A stretch of DNA of 64,000 nt from Octopus bimaculoides (GCF_001194135.2 NC_069003.1:33070697-33134696), one strand, 5' to 3'. Positions 45,901-58,834 are shown, counted from the first letter of the stretch. Made by a program: numbers and translations. The notes: generated from the letters alone by a model not told the origin.

Positions 45901-48900
45901 AGACTTCTCCCTCTATATCTACGTATTGGGCTAGCCTACTTCATTGTCTGGGGCGTGTCGACGCAATAAATGGTAACTTAAATGAAGGATTTTTAAAAGA
46001 AATACCTGAGGATACCTGCTGTTTGAAAAAAAAAAAACAAATAATAAAGTGACTACATAATGTATTGAACTAAACATAGTGTAGTATATTAAGAAATGCT
46101 ATTTATTCCTTTTAGTTACCATATTTCTGTTGAAGTACTCAGCTTTTGTTTGAATTAATTTTGAAAATAATGTAAAATGAAGTAATTTAATTTTGACATT
46201 ATCAAGTTGGCATTTGGAACTTGACAAAAGTTTGATGGACACTTTTAATTTAGATCACTTTAAAAACAGGAAGTTTGTATTAATGAACCAGGGACAGTTT
46301 CAGGTGGATTGCTATCAGAAGGGTTTCTCACCCCTGATGTGTAGAGTTTTACCCTTTTGGCTTCCCATAAATAAAATTTCCTTGTTTAGAAAAGTTTTTT
46401 TTGTCATTCTATAATTTGTCTATTTTCCACAGAGAATCTGATATTACCAAAGAAAGGATTGAAAAGGTTTTATCATCTGGAGCCAATGTTATTCTCACCT
46501 CTGGTGGCATCGATGATCTATGCCTGAAGTACTTTGTAGAAGCTCGCGCTATGGCTGTCAGGCGTTGTAAACAAGCCGACTTAAGAAGAATTGCCAAAGC
46601 AACAGGTGGTGAGTAGCATATAAAATATTTTCTGGTTTGTTTGGTTTTCTCATATTTTTTACTCCATCTGTTCATCCATCTTCTCTGCTTACCATTACCA
46701 AGAGGACAACAGGGGTAATCTTCAGGTATCTTCTCCATCAGAAGCAACTGTCTCCTGCTGGTTGGCTTGGTTTGAAGAATCTGTCTTGCGATTCTTTCCT
46801 TTGATGGTTCTAATTGCGTGTCTTGTACCAGAGTTGTGACCTTTCAGTGTGGAGGAGGAGTGACTTGGCTTAGAAAAATTCCTTGATCTCGGAGCTATAC
46901 ACCCTGAGTAATGACACTCCAAAGATCCTTTGTAGGAATCCCATTTCAGTCGCTTGTATTCACAACCGTACTCTTTCAGTCATTACTCATCATACACCAC
47001 CATATTGCTTTACCTCCTAATTTGATGTTTAGTCCTAAATTCTGATCAAGAGCATGTCTTTCTGTCTTTTTTTTAATGTGGTGTGAGCTGACTGTAACAG
47101 CACCTTTGTTGGGTTAATTGCAGTCCCATGTGGTAGCTATTTCATTTAGATTATTATTACTCTTGAGAAAGGTATGGATATCATGATGTTCCCTGTTTGT
47201 TGTCCTTAGTAGCCTGGTATGAAATACAGATATTTGAGCTTTGAAAATGTGTTCTACCTCTGCATAAAAAGTGGTGGTTGTTTCCTCCTGCATTCTGGTT
47301 TTATAATATAGAACCTGTGAGATAAATATCCTTTTTGAAAAGGTCTAAGGCACCATAATAACATCAAGTACTTATTCCTTCTTGATAGCTAGATAAACTA
47401 ATCCAGATTAAAATACTGCCCAGAAACCCACAGAAATCTCTAGAGTGTATTTAAAGCTGAACAATTAGAATAATACCCTACTTAGCTACTTTATACTTGA
47501 TATATATCTGTTTTCAGACCAAAGATATGCTACTCTCTCTTTCTCTAATTTTTTTCAGTTATTTTAAAGAATACTTTTTAGCTTGAAGTTCCTTTTCTTT
47601 CATTTTATAATCTATAACTTAAAAGTTTCACTTAATTTCAATGCATTTTTAAGGTGTTATGTGCTTCTAATGAATTATTTCTCATTGAATAGCTGCTCTA
47701 TTGACAAGTCTGTCCAACCTGGAGGGGGAAGAAGTTTTTGAGGCGTCTCAGCTAGGAAATGCTGAAGAAGTTTTCCAAGAGCGCATTTGTGATGATGAAC
47801 TCATAATTATTAAAGGGTAAGCTTTGCTTTTTTCGTAAATCTCTCTCTACAATAAATATTGTCATTCCTCAATTAAATTAAATCTCCCTACATCCAATAA
47901 ATATTGTTGCTCCTAACTTCCCTAAATCCAAGAATTCTGTCATTTTGCTTTACCTTTTTTTCTTTTCTTTGTTATTTACCAATAACCACTCGTATATCTG
48001 AATTAATCATTGTTTATTTCCCGTTTTTATTGTCTGAGATTGAGATTAATTTTTCTTTTATTTCAGTCCTAAGGCACGCACTGCTGCCTCAATCATTTTG
48101 CGCGGTGCCAATGATTATATGTGCGATGAAATGGAACGATCCATGCATGATGCCCTCTGTGTAGTGAAGCGTGTGCTTGAGTCCAAATCTGTTGTTCCAG
48201 GTGGTGGTGCTGTCGAAGCAGCATTGTCAATATATTTAGAGAATTTAGCCATTTCATTGGTGAGTCAAAAAGTTTTTGTTTTTCATTTTTGAAGTGTTTG
48301 GATATTCTTTTTAGTTATATTATTTTTTTTAATGCCTTGTGTCTACTGTACACATAGATAAAGCTGGAGTGTAAGTCTTGATTGTAAGCATCACAAACCA
48401 TTTTGGAAGTCATTATTACATGATGTCCGCATTTCATGCCAGCATGGGTTGGATGTTTTGACATGGACTGATGGGTGCCAAGGACTACATAAAGCTCCAG
48501 TGTTTGTTTTTGCAAGGGTTTTATGGTTGGATGCTCTTCCTAAGGCCAGCCTATTTCCTATTTATATATGTTTCAATACTTCCAGAAGCCTATATCTTGG
48601 TTATAATTGATGTGGTGCATAATAAAAAGAAAAGCATTTCTTGAGGTATTTAATTTTGAGAATAATTAAAAGAAATTGGAAGGAGTTACTTGAATAATGT
48701 AGTCCTTATTAATAGGCACTTGGTACATAACAAATTTTTTATTGTGAATTAGGAAGGGTATCCAGCCTTAGAAACATGCAGAGTTTGGTGCAGGCTTATG
48801 ACTTGCCAATTCCTATCAAACTGCCCAGCCTATGTCAGCATGGAGAACTTACATCACATGATGATGATGATGTAAATTTTGATGGTTAAAACGGAAGATT

Positions 48901-49810
48901 TTGTCTGAAAACAAGTCTGGTTCAGATTGGTGGCATCAAAAGAGTTTAACGGAGGTTAATTGGGGAATATTCAAGATTAGGAGAATCAATTTCTCATGTT
49001 GATCCTTATATTACAGTTGTATTTCCTTTTCATTCAGGGTTCACGTGAACAGTTAGCTATGGCAGAATTTGCACATTCCTTGCTTGTTATCCCCAAACAA
49101 TTGGCTGTGAATGCTGCACAGGACTCTACCGAATTGGTTGCTAAACTGCGTGCCTATCACAACATGGCACAGACCATTGAAGGACAAGGAGACCTTAAAT
49201 TGTAAGTATTACATTAACTTGTCAACGAAGACTGACACATGTCTGAAGGGGAGGGCACAATCATTTTGTTATTTTTTAGGGTTTCCTTTCAGGTCTATAG
49301 TTGAATGGAATAGGGGTAAAGTGGAGGAACATCCAGGGTTACCAAAAAAAGACAATTTTTGAAACTATCTTGGTGCTTAGAAGAATTGTTAATTTTGGAC
49401 ACAAAATCAAAAGTATCCCAAATAATGCACTCAGTGTTTCTGTTCCAGGAAGTAGTCAAGTAGCCATTCTTAAATTTTGGCTGCATAACATTTATATCTG
49501 CTGCAAATTGGACTCCATGGAGGAGAGTTTTGTGGTAGCTATGTCCCTTTATGTTCAAATTTGCTTTTTTGTTTTAATCCAATTAAAGGGACGTTTATTT
49601 TTTTTTTTTCTCAATTGCAGGATTGGTTTAGATTTGTATGAAGGAACGGTACGTGACAACAAAAAGGCCGGTGTCTTGGAACCCACTCTCTCCAAGATTA
49701 AGTCCTTAAAATTTGCCACGGAGGCTGCCATTACAATCCTTCGAATTGATGATATGATCAAATTGGCCCCTGAACCAAAGGATAGAGATCCTCATGATGA
49801 CTGCTGCTAA
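38471..49810 (+). CDS. TCP1: T-complex protein 1 subunit alpha (CCT1), complete, 12 exons, 550 aa
   Basis: Exons 38471-38543, 41217-41302, 42029-42157, 42840-42937, 43787-43897, 44510-44691, 45230-45356, 46433-46608, 47693-47816, 48067-48259, 49038-49201, 49621-49810, totalling 1653 nt. Chaperonin motifs [49 protein letters not shown]. The N-terminus [18 protein letters not shown] is specific to the alpha subunit. Confidence 0.98.
38664..38689 (+). promoter_or_regulatory. E-box plus canonical heat-shock element in TCP1 intron 1
   Basis: CACGTG at 38664-38669 and tTTCtaGAAgaTTCt at 38675-38689 (three alternating nGAAn units), about 130 nt downstream of exon 1. Confidence 0.55.
39034..39441 (+). 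mobile_element. hAT-Charlie (MER1-like) non-autonomous element in TCP1 intron 1
   Basis: The left end ...ACCGGTTTCATGCAAGACAATTTCTCCACAGG resembles MER1/Charlie3 (GGACCGGTTTCGTGGAAGACAATTTTTCCACGG, recalled). The right end TGTGCGGCTCG...GTTAGGGGCCTCCT resembles the MER1 3' end. No clean 8-bp TSD is visible. Confidence 0.5.
39903..40115 (+). mobile_element. tRNA-derived SINE family A, near-consensus copy
   Basis: Box A-like TGGCAGAATCGTTAG, box B-like GAGTTCAAATTC, central GTCGACTTTGCCTTTCATCC...GATAAAATGAGTACCAG, and (ATT)n flanks. Other copies lie at about 2259-2420, 5920-6385, 7600-7735, 10155-10290, 13955-14165, 21910-22085, 25030-25145, 27850-27975 (+) and about 32290-32500, 32695-32890, 34620-34825, 58870-59240 (-). 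Confidence 0.85.
43898..44509 (+). other. U12-type (minor spliceosome) GT-AG intron 5 of TCP1
   Basis: The 5' splice site is GTATCCTT (43898-43905). The branch point TTCCTTAAC (44491-44499) lies 10 nt from the end of the intron, and there is no polypyrimidine tract. The reading frame is maintained (LIGA|EADFF). Confidence 0.93.
45799..45985 (-). mobile_element. LTR-retrotransposon relic: LTR 3' end + tRNA-Ser-like PBS + second LTR end
   Basis: The minus strand reads ...GCGATATAACA g TGGCGACGGGGAT... and then, about 40 nt later, GCGATATAACA again. On plus, TGTTATATCGCA occurs at 45799-45810 and 45853-45864. The segment is CpG-rich within an AT-rich intron. Confidence 0.5.
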
Positions 49811-50026
49811 TAATGTGGTCCTTGTCCGGTTCTTTCTCTCCCAAACTGGTGCCAGTCAAATCTGCCACTGTAGTGTGATGAATTTATTTCTAAATGTCCG
49901 CATCTTGTTGTTCTAAACTGCATTACATGTAACCCCACCCTGCCACTATACAACAGCTTCACTGTAAATGGGACTTCATTTCTCTTTGTACTTTTTTTCT
50001 TTCTCATTCTCTCACTAAAGTAATCC

Positions 50027-50032
50027 ATTAAA
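50027..50032 (+). terminator. Probable TCP1 polyadenylation signal
   Basis: ATTAAA about 220 nt after the stop, followed by a GU/U-rich stretch (50043-50070). Confidence 0.45.
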
Positions 50033-51467
50033 CACAAATCCCTTGGGTTTTTGTTATTTTTTTTCTTTTATTACCGTCTATAATATCTAATGCCTGTGTT
50101 ACAGCTCACACAGTCACCACTCTTGGCAATCACCTAATGCAAACAAGATTTTGTGGTTTTGTAATAAGTCTGACATGCTACTCAAGTGTATTAGCAGAAA
50201 TGATATAGTTTCTTAGATTGGGAAGGAAATTTCAGAAAAGAAGTTTCATTATTTTATTTCTAACTCTAAGTGTTTAGATTACTCTGTCAAATGTAATGCT
50301 TATATATACATGTGTGTATGTATGTATGTATGAAATAGAAAAAAGCTTTGTATCTGCCTATGATACAAATTTTTCTCACTGATAAAGGACTTTATCAAAA
50401 TGTTAAATTCTTCCAGCAGCTAACATAAAAGAAAAAAAAAAAAACCTTTAAAACAATTTTCACTTACAGAGTGCCACCATTTTCAATGGATTCTATCTAT
50501 CTATACACACGTATGTGTATTGAATGATCCAAAAATGATTTTTTTGTTTTTGTGTAGTTCTTTGATTCTTCTTAGTAACTTATCTAAGGAATGATCAAGT
50601 AAGTTACTTCTTTTGCTTAGTCGTATCCATCAATGATGGCTGGTGAGACAAACTGTTTTTGAACACCACATACACTAGGAAAACTAAACACAGCGACATT
50701 GACATTCTGCTCTGTAGCTGCACCTTTATAACTAAGTGGACTGTGCCCTTAATGTAAAAGGTTAGTCTACATTACTCTCTAAGGTGCACAGGGATGGTTT
50801 CTCTGGCATATATATTCCTCCCTGGAAAAGACACCTGTCCATCATAGGATTTCTATTTTTATCATTGTTTAATGTCCGTTTTCCATGCTGGCATGGGTTC
50901 GACTAAGGATTGACAAGTCAATAGGAAACTAGAAAATGGGTTCTCAAACAGGCAAGGCTTGGAAAAAAACACAAAAATAATGCCTTTTCTTTTTTTGATA
51001 CCAATCTAAGGACAGCCCCTGGTTCAGTGATACTGACTCCATGCAAAGTAAAGCCAACCTCAACAGGATTAATGCTGCTAAAGCATTTCATCCAACATGC
51101 TAACAATTTTGCCAGCTCACTGCCTTAGGAATAATTAATTAAACACTAACAAACTGCTTGAAAAGAATCAAAGTACGGAATGTGAGGATGTTGATGGCAG
51201 ACGTCCACCTGCATGGTTACAACCAACCAACTGAAACTAAAGAATGGGTTCTGGAACAGGCAAGGCTTGGAAAAAACACACACAAAAACAATGCCTTTTC
51301 TTTCTGTTTAAAATATATTATATATATTTGCATGATTCATAACTTAAACAATTAAAAACGTGTCCTGCCTCTTCCAGCGCTTGACCTACGGTCAATATTA
51401 AAAGTTCTGTTGACAGGATCATCAATAAATCAACCGATCACTCATAATTATCATCAACAACAAATGG

Positions 51468-54400
51468 TCACTGTTTCTTTATGTTGAGTGGATCATCAAA
51501 CAAGTCGTCGTCGTCATCGTTATCATCAAATATGGATGTGGGTTTCTGAGATGACGAGAGCGGGGAGCTAACATTCTCAACTTTCGTCTTCTCTTCAACC
51601 TTCTTCACAGTAACAGTTTTCTCCACTTTCTTGCTGCCTTGCAGCAAGCTGTCGCTGCCAAAAATATCATCTGTTATTAAAAAAGAAAGAAAGAATGGTC
51701 AATAATTACAGCTTTTAGAGATCCTCTCTGTGTGAGTGTGTGTCAATTTCAAGAGCATGTATTAAAATATATATATATATACACACATAAAAATATCTCT
51801 GTCTGCCAACCTATTTATCTATGTAAATAAATATCAGAAACTCGCCGCAAGATGAGCACACAACAGGAGAGGTCTTCAGAGGAAGAACTCCCATCTGACA
51901 AGTTTTGGCCCTTATGCCTGACACTCTACGGGAGCTGGGCCCACCCAGGTCATGACTCCTAGGTGTTCTACTGCTTTCCAAAATCCTGTTTCCAGCAGGA
52001 TTTGAACCTGGGTCATTCTTTTTGTGATCTTGTGTTCCCAGGTCTGTATATTAAATAGGATGAGGTGCAGTTCAGATTTATACCACGTCGTAATACAGCT
52101 ATTAGAGAAATTTTTATCTAAGAAAAACATCTCTCTACCCAGCATTTGTTGATCTGATGAAGACCCAATTACCCACATTCTAGATGTCTGTTGGATCATG
52201 AGACAAAACAACAACAAAACTATACGTACCAATGTCTTCTTTAAATAATGGCTTGGTTTTCATCACAGTTGTTTTCTTCTCCTTGGGTTTTGCTGCAGGG
52301 ATATCGGCAAAGATGTCCGTGTCGTCTTCAAATATATTAGCCTCCTCTGTGATGTTCTTCTTTATTTTGCTACTGACCTCTTTTTTGATGTTCGACTGGC
52401 AAGGAGCAGAAAGAAAAGAGGAAAGTTATCTAAATATATACATACATACATCTATATCGTTGTCATCATTATTTAATGCTTGCATGAGTTGAGAGGAAGA
52501 TGTCAAGGCAGTTTCTCTACAGCTGGATGCCCCTCCTGTCACCAATCAAGGCAATATTCTTCACAATGAACAGTTTATACTGTATTTTCATGCATGCAAA
52601 TTGATGCAGCATATAGTGCAAACATGTAGCATAAACATTCAAACATCATCATTGTCTTTCCAAATCCTGCTGCATTTCACATGGAAATTTTGTTCCAAAG
52701 TTGTCTTGCTGTATAACTCACAACCTATCTTTGTTGGCTGTAAATTTTGATATGAAAAATCCTGTAAGCTTCCATAAGCTAGCAGGGTGTCAGTCAGTTT
52801 TGGTGCTTTTAGCCCATGTAAGTTCTCTGCGTCAAATTGTTAGGATAAAGTATTGAATCTGGTAGGTCTGCTAATACCATTTGAGGATAAAAAGATGCCA
52901 TCGGACACCAGTTATTTCTAAAGAGAATTCAAAGTAAATGAAACCAACCAACCTTAGTTTTCAGGGAGCTGGAGGCAAAGATATCATCAAGGTCATCAGT
53001 TAAAGCGGATTTTTTGTCTAAGGAAAGAGACAGAGAAAATGAAATCAATCATAATCTTCAACATGAAAAGTGATCATATTATCATTATCATTGTTATCTT
53101 GAGCCAATGATGCTAAAAATAGCAGTTAAATTTCTCTCAACCTCACACTATCACTATTAAAAAGCAACACACACAGACAGATCACCATCATTTTATCTTC
53201 ACTTTCCATATGGACATGATCTAGGCAAGGTGTTGCAAACCACGTCACTAAATGGATAGGGAGATTATATTTCATTTGCTTATTATATATATTAAATAGA
53301 CACACACACAAATGAGGGTTGACCTGGGAGTATGTTAAAAACATTTGCCCATCATACTCAGGACCTCATAATTGCAAAGCAAACATCTTAATCACTCAAA
53401 CAGTCTCTCTCTCTCACATACACTGTTCTTCTAAAAATCAAACTCTCTCCCTATTAAATTCGATTGTTCTTGATTAATTTTAATTCCAGGGTTATCTCCC
53501 CTGCCTTTCATAACCAGAATTAATTCTGAGCATAAGTAAGTTTTTTTTCCCTCCGTCTAATCACGTGTATAATTTACTCATCACATTAACCCTCCTGTTA
53601 CCATATTTCTACATGGCCTTTGTTTCAGTTAATGTTGAAAATAATCAAGACTTCAGCAAAAATAATCCAATATTTCTGCTGTTCTAATAGCATTTCTGTG
53701 TTTGAAAAAAATTATCTTATCTATCATCATCATCGTTTAACGTCCGCTTTCCATGCTAGCATGGGTTGGACGATTTGACTGAGGACTGGTGAAACCAGAT
53801 GGCTACACCAGGCTCCAATCTGATTTGGCAGAGTTTCTACAGCTGGGTGCCCTTCCTAACGCCAACCACTCAGAGAGTTTAATATAATAAATATAAATAT
53901 TTACCTTTCTTTTTGTTCAGCAGCAAATCTGAATCAGCAAAGATATCAGAATCGTCGTCGTCAAAGATGGCACTAGTGTTAGCAGAGGCACTGGATGTCT
54001 TGGTGGTTGTAGTGGTGGATGTCAACAGTGTTGTCTTACCGCCTTTTGTTGACACGGATGAGCTGGTAACAGTTGACGATGTGGTCTTCGTGCCCGACCC
54101 AAATAAGTCATCTTCATCGTCGTGTTTGATGTTAGAGGATTTCAAAGACAGGCTCTTCTCCATGCTGCTCACCAGTTCGTTTTTGGTGTTGATGCTTGTG
54201 TCAAGGGGCTTTGACGTGGATGTGGATTCTGAGGGAGCAGTCGAAAGGGGTTCACTGCCGTCAACTGTGCTTTTTGCTGTTGTCGTTGTTGTTGTGGTCA
54301 CTCCTACATCATTGTACTGGAATGGGTCTTTGTCTGGGAAGATGGCTGGTGCTGACATCACGCCAAAGGGGTCGGCTGCAGTGGAGGAGGCAGTGTCAGG

Positions 54401-57400
54401 GGAGAGAGGGGATGTTACTGATTCCAAATAAGGAGCAGCAGTCTGTGGAGAGGTGGCGGAAGGAGTATCGGTGTCCAAATCTGATGCAGTGACAGGCCTG
54501 GGTTTCCGTGTGGGTGGTCGCCGCTTCAGCTGGATACGGGCTCGCTTCTACAAATAGGAGGAAGAAGTAGATAGAGTAAGAGATGAAAGAGGGATACTGA
54601 AGGGTGAGAGAGAGGGAAAGAAAGAGAGAAGTGATGATGACGAGAAGGAAGATTGGAAAAGAGAGAGACATTGAGATGAGTGAAATAAAGAGAGAGAGCA
54701 ATGTAATTGTGAACCATTATAAGATGACCTGGATATATATACAGTGAGAAGGAGGCAAAGTAATTTGTGTTTTGTTTTAATGATTCTACCAATTTGCCAT
54801 GTCTTAGGAAATAAGAATTGTTAATTATCCCTTAAGACCTTTTTTTCTTTAAAATTGTAGTTGGGGATTATCAGATAAAAAAAAAGATTTTTTTTTTCCA
54901 CAAGAATCTGAAAAAGACGAGAGGTATCACCCATCCATCTTATCTTCTCTGCCCACTATTCTTGGGAGGGCCTCTGGGGTAGAGTCCTCAGGTACCTCCT
55001 CTATAGGGTCCTATCAAAAGCAACCATCACTAGACATCTCAACTGGATTCCCAAGCATAACCAACTGAGACCATGGATATTATCCAACCATCCTATCCTT
55101 GGGCCTCTTGCCAGTGGACTCAACTTGAAGACACTGTTTTGTGATTCTTTCTTGCGATATTCTAATGACACGTCTGTTATATCAGAACTGTGACTCTTCA
55201 ATGTGAAGTAGTGGCTCAACTTGGAGAGGTGTCGTTAATCTTTTAATCCCTCAGGATAATCAAAAATTCATTAGTTTAGGATGAGGAAGCTATATTCATG
55301 TGGAAGAAAATTCACAGACTACAAACTCAGGAAGGAGCCTCTATATCAGCCATTGGCAAGCTGTGGTCCAAGGGACTATATGCATGGCTGACCCAATGGA
55401 AAATTAACTTGTATTTTTTTTATTAGTGTGGTCCATCTGATGATGAGCCATATCTCTTGTGGCCCACTTCATGGAAAAGGTTGCCCATGCCTGCTCTATG
55501 TAGTCACTGGATCTGTTAGAAATAGCAGCCACATTATCCTCCACCCTAATTACACACTGCTATAGCTTAGTCAGAAGTAAAGGAACATAATGGATTATGT
55601 TGACCAAGATGTGCAGGACAGGATGGTCACAACTGGAAGGTCTTTGATCATAGTTTTCCCAATCAGGACTCACTAACCAACATGAAACAAACTGCTAAAA
55701 CCCGTTGTTTTTCATTAAAACCATTTCAAGGAATAAATAATGGTATTTACCTTTGTGGCACTTTCTAGGATCTGGGCAGAGGCAGGTTCATCAAATGATA
55801 CAGAAGCGGATTGTGGTTCTTCGTTACCGAAGCTGGTTGGTGGCACAAGCGGAGGAATCTGGAAAAAATTTAAAAAGTGGAAGAACAAAAGAAAAAAATA
55901 AGAAATTTGAATAATGACAAAATGATACAAAAATGTATCAAAAACACAGAAAATAGAATTAACTTCACAAATAATGCTTAATATCAAAATATTTATCGTT
56001 GGTTTTTTTTTTTTAGCTCCCCTGCACCCACCCCATAAACCCCCACCCAAAAATAAATTTGTAACAGCAGCAACTCTTAAGATAAATCTCCGACACACAC
56101 GTGTGTGGTGGGGTTCATTTCATATCTTTTTTAGTGCATTGACTCTTCCATTTTCTACTTCGCATTCTTTCTCTTCCTAATTAACATAATATATGCAGTA
56201 GTTTCTTAAGAGTTTCTCATAATTTCAAAATTCAAGATATGAAATTATAACAATTGCAATCTTGAATTTTCCTCAGCTTCTATAAATTCTTATATTATTC
56301 TGCTTAATATGCATGTATGTGCACACACACACACTTTTACATGCATGCACACACATATATACACATACACAATATATTAACACGCAGACATAAATACATA
56401 CATGCATACACTCACATCTATAAACAAGCGTATGTGTGTATGAATAAATGATTTGCCCCTTTGAAAGAGATGTCGTAAGAGGTGAAAAGGGAGGAGAAGA
56501 AATAAAAATAAATACAGGAAAGGGGGGAAGGAGGCGGGGACAGTGTCCCTAACATTTTCAGGTCTTCCGAGATTGGTGAGGAAGGAGGGGATAAAGAAGA
56601 GAGAAAAGCAGAGGAAGGAGCAATATGGAGGGTGGAGGTACTTACATCAGGTTCTGTATAGAGGCCATCTGTTAAATCGGACTGTCATTACACACAGAAG
56701 CAACAAAAATAAAGAAAAATGCCAATCAGAATAAAAGCTAACATCAAAGCATGCTTAACGATGTGTTATATAACGAGGTGGATGGAGCAGATATTTTAGC
56801 CATGTTCCCCCCGCCCCTTCTTTTTTGTTTTGCCATTTCTTATAATTAGATTATTTTTGTCAGGTTAACACAAAGCATGCAGTTAAGAATACAGGTTGAA
56901 AATGAAATAGTGCCAGAGACTGGGAAACACTTTGCAGACAATTCCTAGATTCCATGATGTGTCACAGACATAAGTAAGGTCTCAACTGAAGCTATTCCAC
57001 TTCTTGTATGCAACTAGTATATATATATACATATATATATATATACACACATATGAGAGGGAGAGGGAAACTGACAAGGGGCTGCTGTGCAACTCATAGA
57101 CAGTATTTTTATTTAAAATCATAAGCAATGGGGTTGATTTGTTTGATTAAACGCTTCAAAGCAGTGCTCCAGCATGGCCTCAGTCGAAAGACTGAAATGA
57201 GTAAAATGTAAAAGATAAATAAATAAATAAAAAATAAACTTAAAAAAAAAGCACTGAAAATAGTCTGAAAGTTTTCCCAGTCAGGGCATGAACATCATAA
57301 CATCACATAAATTGATAATATAAAACAAATACAAGGCTTTTTAAAAAAGAAAAAAATACAACCCCCACCCACCCAAAACAATCATCATCATCATCAAAAA

Positions 57401-58834
57401 TAATATAAACAAGCAAATAAAAGCATGATGCATTGCAAACAAACAGGTTTTGACTGATTCCAGGTGGGTTAAAATGGTTGACCAAAATTCCTGCTACGTC
57501 CCCCCACCACACACACAGAACTGTGCAAATGTATTAGTAAAATGATGAGGAGCTGGGACTCATGACCCTTGACCTCTTCAGGGTCCGTCTCATGAGTTAA
57601 GTCGAAGCAGTTAATATCCAGTTTGAACATGTATGGGCTGACATCTTCAGGAGAAATGTGAACCACCATCATTTAACATCCATTTTTCTATGTTGGCATG
57701 GGTCAGCGGGTGTGCTGTCCAGTCTCCAATCGTCTGTTGTGGTATGGTTTCTATGGTTGGATGCCCTTCCTAATGCCAACCACTTTACAGAGTGTGCTGG
57801 GTGCTTTTCACACGTCACTGGCACAGGTGTGTTTATGCAGCACCCACATGAGTGCATTTAATGTGGCACCAAGAAAGCCATGTTTTTTTCTCTAACGTTT
57901 TACATAGTTTAACATGTTTCCGGCAACTGAAAAATGTTCTCTTAGAGGCTGCTATTGCAAACCGATAAAAGTGGAAGAGTGAAAAAAGGCAAAGTAGGCA
58001 TTTTGAAAGAAGCATCTATAAAACTAGTTATTAAGCATTGAATGGCTGTGGGCACCCACCAGAATAAAACAATAATCAATGGGATACATTGGTAAAAAAA
58101 AAAAAAAAAAATGGTTGAAAACCACTGTTGTAGAATTTAAACTGGCCATATCTGGCCTAAGTATTCTACTGGCCAGATCTGGCCTTTCCTACCTATCCTT
58201 CAACTGATTTTCTATTGCTTTTATCAACTTGTTTTTCTTATTTGTTGGATTAACAATGAGTAAAAAAGTCTGTTAAGTATAACCAAAAGGCATGATTCAC
58301 TGAAGGTTAGTGTAGTCCATCCTTTCTATATAAACTCAAGTATAGACATCTCTAAAACACAATTACTAACCTGAATTTTTAGAATCTTCTTTGGTTTGAC
58401 AGGAGGAGCTGGAGCTTTGGCTGTTGACTTTTCTTCAACATTAACCGATACAGCTGTAAAGGAGACAAAAAAATACAAAATTAAATGATGATGCAACAAG
58501 CAAAGCAGTTGGTTATAAAATCTCTGTAAGAGATCAGAGTAGTAACTGTACTGGCAAGTAATGCTTGTCGCCACTTCAACGTGGCTGTTCTGTACGAACA
58601 AATGTTACTGCAATTTTTTCTTAACCCCGAGAGAACATTTCCTCTAGCTGGTTAATGATGCAACTTGCATCAAATATATTGCAAGCAGGGGGGGCAGACC
58701 CCTACCACATTCTAGCGACAGGACTAGCAGACCAGCCCCGTTTTGAGCTATTTTGGCCCTTTCTCAGTGCTAGATACCTTATCTCTAACAGCCATATTGA
58801 AGTGGTGACAAACATTAAATGATGATGTTTTTCA

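Noticed and set aside
49811-49930. Possible SECIS element in TCP1 3'UTR
   Set aside because: The 3' GA quartet is missing and the ORF has no in-frame TGA.
53913-54431. 172-aa plus-strand ORF
   Set aside because: It is the antisense shadow of the large Ser/Thr/Asp-rich WASHC2 exon.
57542-57641. C-box (ATGATGA) ... D-box (CTGA) with internal hairpin, resembling a C/D snoRNA
   Set aside because: It lies antisense to the host gene WASHC2, has no convincing terminal stem, and I recognise no rRNA or snRNA guide.
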